A DNA stretch of 16,680 nucleotides from Elusimicrobiota bacterium (GTDB lineage Bacteria > Elusimicrobiota > Elusimicrobia > UBA1565), in the NCBI GenBank assembly GCA_043819795.1, contig JBDREN010000237.1, positions 1 through 16,680 of the forward strand, read 5' to 3'. The notes below the pieces were generated by a model. The model did not search any database and had not been told where the DNA came from. It worked only from the letters and a program-made list of their open reading frames with translations. The first letter of the stretch is position 1. Every line of letters starts with the position of its first letter. Of the stretch, positions 6,719 through 12,669 are shown piece by piece. Both the position numbers and the translations under genes were made by a program.

Positions 6719-8365
6719 ATGAGCCGACTTCACGCGGCCTTGCCGCTGACACTATGCTTCCTGTGGCTGCTTCCGGCACCAGGCCGCGCGGCCTCGGCTC
6801 CCCATACGTCCAGCGAGCTGGAGGCACTGATCGCATACGAGAACTCGTTGGAGGACCGCTTGCAGGCGGCCCTCCGCAAGGAGTTCCACACCGACGATGT
6901 ATTCGTCGTCGTCAAGGTCGATCTGCAGAAGAAGACCGAGAAGCAAGCCGAAGAGATCATGCCCGGCGTGCCGATCCCGGCCTCGGCCAACGCGCCGCCC
7001 GTGACGCGGTGGGTGGTCAGCGAGATGTGGGCCAAGGTCTTCATCCGCCAGGGTATCACCGAGGACGAGAAGAAGATCATCGAGGATACGGCCAAGCATG
7101 TGGTGGGTCTGGGTCCCCAGAGCGTGCATGTCGTGGTGAAGGACACCATCAGGCAGCCGACGGTCGAGCCGGACTCCCCCTACGCCGCCTTCTGGAATCC
7201 CGCCTGGCTGCTCTCGCTCTCGTGGCTGCTCATCATCTGCGTGGCGCTCGGCCTGATCTTCATCCGGTTCCTCGCCCCTCTTCTGGGGGTGATCCGGGAC
7301 ATGACCGCCGCCCGGGCCGGCGCCGGGCAGCGGGAGGCGGCCAAGACTGACGCGCAAGCCGCGGAGCGGCTCGCGGCCCTGGAGGAGACGCCCGAGCTCC
7401 AGCGAGCCGCGGCCGAGACCGACGGGGGGGCCGGGGAGAACCTGCCGTTCTCGTTCGTCCGGGAGCGCCACGTCCCCATGATCAAGTTCCTCTTGAGGCG
7501 CGCCCAGCCGCGCACCGCGGCCGTGGTCGTGCACTACCTGCCGCCGCGGCTGGCGGCCGGCGTCCTGTCCGAGCTCGATCCCGGGGCGCGCCAGGAGGTC
7601 GTCGGGCACATGCGCAAGGTCGTACAGCTCGACGAGGCCAACGTGCGGGCCATCGAGCGGGCCCTGCGCTCGCGGATCGACTACCTCATGGGCGGCGAGG
7701 ACAAGCTGGCGGAGATCCTCGACGAATCCCCGACGAGCCTGCAGGAGGAGCTGCTCGAGGCGGTGGGCACGAAGGACCCGGCGCTGGGCCGGCGCCTGGG
7801 CCTGAGGATCGTGCGTCTCGAGGACCTGGCCCTGCTCGGGCCGGCCGACTTCAAGCTCCTCACCCAGCGCGTGCCCCTGCCAAGCCTGGCGGCGGTCCTA
7901 AAGCACTCCAAGGAGCTCGCGGACCGGATCCTTCCCAAGCTCACGGGAGGCTTCGGCGAGCGCCTCAGCGAGGAGATCGAGCTCACCGGCGAGCTGCCGC
8001 CGCCCCGCCTCGCGGCCCAGCAGAGCCGCGTGCTCCGCGCTCTGTCCCGGCTCGTGCGCGAGGGCCACGTGGTCCTCAAGAAGGAGACGCTTGGCTATAC
8101 CGAGACCGAAGCCGAGGCCGAGCCGGCCGGTGTGGAGAGCCTTCCGCCTCCGGTCGCCGCGGGCGACGCGGGGGAGGGGCCGGCCCCGGAGCCTTTGGCC
8201 GCGCCCGAAGCCGGCGGCGAGGCCACGGCCGACGCGCCGGAGCTCGTCGACGAGAAGGCCCTGCCGGCTCCTCCGAAGAAACCGCCGGAGGAACACGGCG
8301 GCGGACCCGTTGAGAAGCGCGCCGCCCGCGGCGAGGGCGGCGTGAGCGAAGACACCCCCGCATAG
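6719..8365 (+). CDS. Membrane-anchored FliG-like rotor protein: signal peptide, FliF-ring-like periplasmic domain, TM helix, FliG middle and C-terminal domains, acidic Pro/Ala tail
   Basis: Signal peptide ending PGRAA. Periplasmic part (YENSLEDRLQAAL...VFVVVKVDL...MPGVP...AKVFI...IIEDTAKHVVGL...SVHV) has a FliF RBM3-like pattern. TM helix at ~7205-7295. FliG-M-like segment (PFSFV...LLRRAQPRTAAVVVHYLPPRLAAGVLSEL...VRAIERAL) from ~7445. Gly-Gly linker at 7691-7696. FliG-C-like segment (GGEDKLAEIL...DPALG...LEDLALL...LAAVLK...EEIELTG...QSRVLRALSRLVREGHVVL) to ~8080. It lies directly upstream of motA. Confidence 0.8.
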   Translation: MSRLHAALPLTLCFLWLLPAPGRAASAPHTSSELEALIAYENSLEDRLQAALRKEFHTDDVFVVVKVDLQKKTEKQAEEIMPGVPIPASANAPPVTRWVVSEMWAKVFIRQGITEDEKKIIEDTAKHVVGLGPQSVHVVVKDTIRQPTVEPDSPYAAFWNPAWLLSLSWLLIICVALGLIFIRFLAPLLGVIRDMTAARAGAGQREAAKTDAQAAERLAALEETPELQRAAAETDGGAGENLPFSFVRERHVPMIKFLLRRAQPRTAAVVVHYLPPRLAAGVLSELDPGARQEVVGHMRKVVQLDEANVRAIERALRSRIDYLMGGEDKLAEILDESPTSLQEELLEAVGTKDPALGRRLGLRIVRLEDLALLGPADFKLLTQRVPLPSLAAVLKHSKELADRILPKLTGGFGERLSEEIELTGELPPPRLAAQQSRVLRALSRLVREGHVVLKKETLGYTETEAEAEPAGVESLPPPVAAGDAGEGPAPEPLAAPEAGGEATADAPELVDEKALPAPPKKPPEEHGGGPVEKRAARGEGGVSEDTPA

Positions 8366-8378
8366 GAGAGACCCGCGC

Positions 8379-9164
8379 ATGGACCTGATGACCGTCCTCG
8401 GCAGCCTCTGCGGCTTGGGCGTGATCTTCTACATCCTCATCGCCCAGGACCTCGCGGAGTTCCTCCTCAACACCCACGCCTTCGTCCTCATCTTCGGCGG
8501 AACGGCCGGCGCGGTCATGATCAGCTACCCCTGGTCCGCCCTCAAAGAGGTCCCCAACGCCGTGTGGATGATGCTCTTTCCGCACAAGCGGCCCCCGTCC
8601 GCCGTGCTCGTCCAGGCCTTCATCCGTCTGGCGGAGAAGGCGCGCCGCGACGGCGTCGACTCCCTCGAGCCCGAGATGGCCGGCCTCCCGCACCCCTTCA
8701 TGCAGGACTGCCTGCAGATGATCCTCGACGGCCTCGACAAGGAGACGATCGAGGACCGCTGCGAGCGCGACATCCTGGCCACGCGGCAGCGCCACCAGCA
8801 GGTGAGCACCGTCTTCCGCTCGGCCGGCACCTACTCCCCCATCTTCGGCCTGCTAGGGACCCTGATCGGCGTCGTGGAGGTACTGCGCACGATCGAGGAG
8901 CCCACGAAGATCGCCTCCTCGATGGCGGTGGCGATGACGGCCTCCTTCTACGGGATCTTCGCGGCCAACTTCCTGTTCTTGCCGATCGCCAACAAGCTGG
9001 CATTCTATTCCGACGAGGAGGTCCTCAACCGGGAGCTGATCTCCAAGGGCAGCATCTCCCTGCAGCAGGGCGAGGCCCCCTGGCTGCTCTCGAAGAGGCT
9101 TGAGGCCTACCTCTCGTTCCACCTGCGCCGTGCCGGCGCGAAGAACTACAAGGCCCGCGCATGA
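8379..9164 (+). CDS. motA: Flagellar-type stator A subunit (MotA/PomA family)
   Basis: SD AGGAGAG. Four hydrophobic segments. Motifs IFGGTAGA, LAEKARRDGVDSLE (the Arg and Glu used in rotor contact), PFMQDCLQMILDG, YSPIFGLLGTLIG, MAVAMTASFYGIFAANFLFLPIANKL and LQQGEAP. Confidence 0.93.
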   Translation: MDLMTVLGSLCGLGVIFYILIAQDLAEFLLNTHAFVLIFGGTAGAVMISYPWSALKEVPNAVWMMLFPHKRPPSAVLVQAFIRLAEKARRDGVDSLEPEMAGLPHPFMQDCLQMILDGLDKETIEDRCERDILATRQRHQQVSTVFRSAGTYSPIFGLLGTLIGVVEVLRTIEEPTKIASSMAVAMTASFYGIFAANFLFLPIANKLAFYSDEEVLNRELISKGSISLQQGEAPWLLSKRLEAYLSFHLRRAGAKNYKARA

Positions 9165-9183
9165 CCCGTCCGGGGCGGAAGCC

Positions 9184-9855
9184 GTGATACCGTTCTTCCA
9201 CCGGATGGCCCCGGCCACGATGGAGGAGAACCCCCTCTGGCTGGTCGTGCTCTGCGACCTGATGACGAACCTCATGCTGTTCTTCCTCGCCATGTTCGCC
9301 CTCACCCAGGGCGCCATCGCCGAAAGGGAGAGGACCTTCGAGGTGACCGGCATCATCGAGATGCCGGAGGCGCGCCTGCCCGAGAGGTTCCCCGAGTTCC
9401 GGGCGCCGGCGGCCGCCGAGGCCCTGGAGAGGCTGTTCCAAGAGGAGGGCCGGGCGATCGTCGTTATCGATGCGAAGCGCGAGAACGCGATCCGGGTCCG
9501 CCTGCTGGACCGCATCCTGTTCCGGAGCGCCGAAGCGGACCTCAGCCCCGCGGCGGAGCGGGCGATCAGGCTCCTGGCGGGGGTGCTCAGGGAGATCCCC
9601 AACGAGATTGTGGTCGAAGGCCATACCGACGTGGTGCCGATCGTGTCCGGACAGTTCGATAGCAACTGGGAGCTCTCGGTGGCGCGCTCCTACGCGGTGA
9701 TCGAACGGCTCATGCGGGAAGGCGTCGAGCCCGAAAGGCTCGTGGCGGCCGGCTACGGCGAGCACCACCCGGTCGCGCCGAGCGATACGCGCGCGGGCCG
9801 CGAGCGCAACCGGCGCGTCGAGATCGTCATCCTTAGAGAGGAGGAGCGGACGTGA
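9184..9855 (+). CDS. motB: Stator B subunit (MotB family) with OmpA-like peptidoglycan-binding domain, copy 1
   Basis: TM segment WLVVLCDLMTNLMLFFLAMFAL carries the conserved Asp. Also ILFRSAEADL, IVVEGHTD, SNWELSVARS, AGYGEHHP and NRRVEIVI. The start is uncertain: GTG 9184, ATG 9205 or ATG 9220. Confidence 0.88.
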   Translation: MIPFFHRMAPATMEENPLWLVVLCDLMTNLMLFFLAMFALTQGAIAERERTFEVTGIIEMPEARLPERFPEFRAPAAAEALERLFQEEGRAIVVIDAKRENAIRVRLLDRILFRSAEADLSPAAERAIRLLAGVLREIPNEIVVEGHTDVVPIVSGQFDSNWELSVARSYAVIERLMREGVEPERLVAAGYGEHHPVAPSDTRAGRERNRRVEIVILREEERT

Positions 9856-10529
9856 GTCCGAAAGCCGGCCGCCACGCGGCGATCTCCTCCCTTAAAGGGG
9901 ACGGCCTGCCGACCTCGCTCTGGATGGTCCCCTACGCGGACCTCATGTCGGCGTTGATGATCCTGTTCCTCGTGTTGTTCGCGGCCTCCTACGGGAAGGC
10001 ATCCTTCAAGTTCCTCGAGCGGGCGAAGAAGATCGTGGAGCAGGTGGGCAAGGCGGAGGTCGAGGCCGCCGCCCCGGGCGGCCCGATCGTCGGCGCGATC
10101 GAGGACGAGATGGACCGCCTCGCGCTCAAGGACTTCGGCATGCGCGTCACCTCGCGCTACATCCACCTGACGTTGCCGTCGCCGGTCCTCTTCCGCATGG
10201 GCTCGGCCAGGCTCACCCCCTCGGCAAAGCGCTACCTCATGCCGCTCGGGCGCGTGATCGCCAAGTTCCCCAACCCGGTGCTCGTGGCCGGCCATACCGA
10301 CGACCTGCCCATCCGCGGCGGGTCCCACAATACGAACTGGGAGCTCTCGGCCGCGCGCGCCTTCTCGGTGATCGATTTCTTCGTCCAGCGCGGCCTGCCG
10401 CCCTCGCGGTTCCAGGCCCGCGGCTACGGGGAGTACCGGCCGGTGGACACCAACGAGACCGCCGACGGCCGGCGCAACAACCGCCGCATCGAGATCCGCC
10501 TGGTCCGCGAGGCGCGCAAGGAGCCATGA
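9852..10529 (+). CDS. motB: Stator B subunit (MotB family) with OmpA-like peptidoglycan-binding domain, copy 2
   Basis: GTGA overlap with the previous stop and SD GAGGAG. TM segment WMVPYADLMSALMILFLVLFAAS. Also VLFRMGSARL, VLVAGHTDD, NWELSAARA, RGYGEYRP and NRRIEI. Confidence 0.92.
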   Translation: MSPKAGRHAAISSLKGDGLPTSLWMVPYADLMSALMILFLVLFAASYGKASFKFLERAKKIVEQVGKAEVEAAAPGGPIVGAIEDEMDRLALKDFGMRVTSRYIHLTLPSPVLFRMGSARLTPSAKRYLMPLGRVIAKFPNPVLVAGHTDDLPIRGGSHNTNWELSAARAFSVIDFFVQRGLPPSRFQARGYGEYRPVDTNETADGRRNNRRIEIRLVREARKEP

Positions 10530-11446
10530 GGGAGCTCTCCGCCTACCTGCTGGCCCTGGTGCTTTGCGCGGCCCCGCTGTTCGCGGTGAGGCCCGAGAGC
10601 GCCTCCGCCCCCTCGACGGGAGGAGAGCGCGGGCAAGCAGACGCCTCGGAGGATGTGACCGGAGAGGAGCTTAAGGAGCGCTACGACACCGCCCTGCGCC
10701 ACTACGGTTCGGGCGACTATAGCAAGGCCATCCTCCAGTACACCGAGATACTCAAGCTCGATCCCCGGCAGAAGAGGGCCGATGAGATGATCCGCAGGGC
10801 CCGCGAGCGGATCGCCCAAAGGGACAAGGAGCTGGCCCTGTTCGGGCACGTCCGCGCCGGGGAGTACCAGAAGGCCCTCGTGGCGCTGCAGCCGCTGTTG
10901 GACGGCGACCCCGGGCATCCGCTCTACAAGAGGCTGCAGGAGCGCCTGGAGGACGTGATCGAGGTCTGCGGCCCCAAGGCCCCGGAAGGCAGGGCCTGGC
11001 GAGCGGCGAAGAAGGGGCTGGCCGGGCTCCTGGGAGCTGAGGAGGACCTCCAGCTCGCCTACGACGCGCTCCGCCACGCCCGGGACATCGAGCCGGACGA
11101 GGCGCGTTTCGCGAGGTTCATCAAGCTCGCGCTCGAGGTCAAGCCCGGCCTGGCGCAGGACAAGATCACCCCGGGGATGACCTTGCTGGAGTACCTGCGC
11201 GCCGTCGCGCTCGAGCACATCTACGACGGAAAGTATCACCTGGCCGTCCGGGTGCTGACCCGGGCCTTGGCCTTCGAGCCCGACGACCTCGTCTGCCTCA
11301 AACGGCTGGGCTCCGCGTACTACGCGCTCAAGCGCTGCGCCAAGGCCGCGGAGGCCTGGGACAAGGCGCTCCAGAGCGCCCCCGCCGACGCCAAGATGAA
11401 GGAGTTCCTCGAACGCGCGCGGCGCTGCGCGCAAGAGCCCCGGTAG
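10526..11446 (+). CDS. Exported tetratricopeptide-repeat protein
   Basis: ATGA overlap with the motB2 stop. Signal peptide (LSAYLLALVLCAAPLFA). TPR-like units: ALRHYGSGDYSKAILQYTEILKLDP, IYDGKYHLAVRVLTRALAFEPDD and LKRLGSAYYALKRCAKAAEAWDKALQSAP. Confidence 0.85.
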   Translation: MRELSAYLLALVLCAAPLFAVRPESASAPSTGGERGQADASEDVTGEELKERYDTALRHYGSGDYSKAILQYTEILKLDPRQKRADEMIRRARERIAQRDKELALFGHVRAGEYQKALVALQPLLDGDPGHPLYKRLQERLEDVIEVCGPKAPEGRAWRAAKKGLAGLLGAEEDLQLAYDALRHARDIEPDEARFARFIKLALEVKPGLAQDKITPGMTLLEYLRAVALEHIYDGKYHLAVRVLTRALAFEPDDLVCLKRLGSAYYALKRCAKAAEAWDKALQSAPADAKMKEFLERARRCAQEPR

Positions 11447-11451
11447 GCCTA

Positions 11452-12213
11452 CTACTTCTTCTTCTCTCTCAGTTTGAAGCGGAACGTCTTCTTCTTGCCG
11501 CCCTTCTTGTATCTGAGCTTGAGCTCCAGCTCTTTTTGGTCGCGCCGCATCTTCTGGGCGCGCTCGAGGAGCCTCTCGATCCGCTTCGGACGGATACCCT
11601 TCTGCCAGACCTCGCGGTCCTCCTTGCCCATCTTCCGGGGCGCCTCCGGAGCGTCGGCGGCGCTGGCGACGCGCGTCACTTGGCCGGCCGTGAGGGCCTG
11701 CCGGCCGTGTTCGTTGAACACGTCCGCGTGCCCTTCGTAGACCTTGACGTCGAGGCGCCCGCTGATCGCCGCGTCCACCTCGGTGCCCCGCACGGAGACC
11801 ACGGCCAAGGGCGTGCCGATCCTGACCTGGGCCCTTCGGTGGAGCATGCGCGTCCACACCTGGCCGATCTTGAAGGCGACCACTGCGGGCAGGGACCCGG
11901 TGCCTCCGTCCTTCACCTCGAAGACCGTCTTCTCGTTGAGACGGATCTCCACGCCGGAGAGCAGCGCCAGGGAGGCCAGATCTCCCCTGCGCGTCTCTAC
12001 GACGTCGCCTTGGCGGAGGAACATCCCCACATCGAGGGGCACGGGCTTCGGGCTGTCGGGCCGCTTCAGCTGCGGCGCGCCCTCGACGGCGACGGCCACG
12101 CCCTGCACCGGCCGGTCGGCCGCCGCGGCGACCCGCGACCCGCAAAGAAGGCCGGCCGCGAGGGCCAGGGCCCCGGCTAGATACGCTTTAGGCGGGATCG
12201 ATCGGGCATCCAT
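11452..12213 (-). CDS. Exported FecR-domain protein with Lys-rich C-terminus (paralog 2)
   Basis: Signal peptide ending RVAAAA. FecR-like motifs LRQGDVVET, EIRLNEKT, IGTPLAVVSVRGTE and VKVYEGHADV. Confidence 0.82.
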   Translation of the reverse strand: MDARSIPPKAYLAGALALAAGLLCGSRVAAAADRPVQGVAVAVEGAPQLKRPDSPKPVPLDVGMFLRQGDVVETRRGDLASLALLSGVEIRLNEKTVFEVKDGGTGSLPAVVAFKIGQVWTRMLHRRAQVRIGTPLAVVSVRGTEVDAAISGRLDVKVYEGHADVFNEHGRQALTAGQVTRVASAADAPEAPRKMGKEDREVWQKGIRPKRIERLLERAQKMRRDQKELELKLRYKKGGKKKTFRFKLREKKK

Positions 12214-12218
12214 GATCT

Positions 12219-12629
12219 CTACTCCTGGCCCGCGCCGAGGCTTTCCAGGGCCTCGGCCGCGCGGCGGCGCACCTCGGGACTCTCCTCACCCAGCTTGCGG
12301 CGCAATGGACCCACGGCCCTCGCGTCCCCGAGCCGGCCCAGGGACTGCGCCGCGTTGATCACGACCGCGGCCTCGGGATCGTCCAGGGCCCGGATGAGCG
12401 GCTCCACGGCGCGCGCGTCCCCCCTCAGGCCCAGCTGGTGCGCGGCGTGCGCGCGCTCGAAGAGCTTGCCGTCCCCGAGCCTGGCGAGCTCCCGCGCGAG
12501 CGGGTCCTCCGCGCCGAAGAGCCTCACCTCGGGGACATGCAGCCCCAGCGTCCATCCCGCGCCCACGCAGGCCGCGGCCAGAAGCGCCAGGCCGGCCCTG
12601 CGCAGCGGCGTCTCTCGGGGTCCCCTCAT
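12219..12629 (-). CDS. Small HEAT-repeat (PBS lyase/HEAT_2-like) protein with N-terminal membrane anchor or signal
   Basis: Hydrophobic N-terminus (AGLALLAAACVGAGWTLGL). Repeats AAHQLGLRGDARAVEPLIRALDD, AAQSLGRLGDARAVGPL and VRRRAAEALESLG. Confidence 0.85.
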   Translation of the reverse strand: MRGPRETPLRRAGLALLAAACVGAGWTLGLHVPEVRLFGAEDPLARELARLGDGKLFERAHAAHQLGLRGDARAVEPLIRALDDPEAAVVINAAQSLGRLGDARAVGPLRRKLGEESPEVRRRAAEALESLGAGQE

Positions 12630-12650
12630 GGCCGTGATGGCGTCCGCATC

Positions 12651-12659
12651 ATGCTAGCA
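12651..12659 (-). promoter_or_regulatory. Possible internal extended -10 promoter for the HEAT and FecR genes
   Basis: TG-C-TAGCAT on the - strand in the 40-nt intergenic gap, 21 nt upstream of ATG 12629. There is no correctly spaced -35. Confidence 0.35.
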
Positions 12660-12669
12660 AAGCCCCCCG

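Noticed and set aside
6558..6836. N-terminal extension of the metallopeptidase ORF
   Set aside because: It crosses the divergent promoter region and overlaps the rotor gene; GTG 6557 after TACAAT is more plausible.
6719..8365. Ordinary fliG, or an MgtE N-domain protein
   Set aside because: It has a signal peptide, a periplasmic domain and a TM helix and lacks FliG-N, so it is not plain FliG and no symbol was given. Similarity extends through the Gly-Gly linker and FliG-C, with no CBS or MgtE membrane domain.
8379..10529. Zorya anti-phage system (ZorA/ZorB)
   Set aside because: The A subunit is a 261-aa MotA with the flagellar-type cytoplasmic R/E motif and no long ZorA tail. There are no ZorC/D/E-like helicase or nuclease genes, and a FliG-like gene is adjacent.
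8379..10529. ExbBD/TolQR energiser
   Set aside because: The B subunits have MotB-type W-x5-D TM motifs and OmpA-like NWELS domains, not ExbD/TolR domains. No TonB/TolA-like gene is in the operon.
11443..11454. Short palindrome GTAGGCCTAC at the convergent junction
   Set aside because: It is explained by facing TAG stop codons and is too short to imply a separate function.
10424..12145. 573-aa minus-strand ORF and the other long Arg/Pro/Gly-rich alternative-frame ORFs (e.g. 1989-3209, 13688-14569)
   Set aside because: These are shadow ORFs expected in high-GC DNA. They overlap well-supported genes and have no recognisable motifs.
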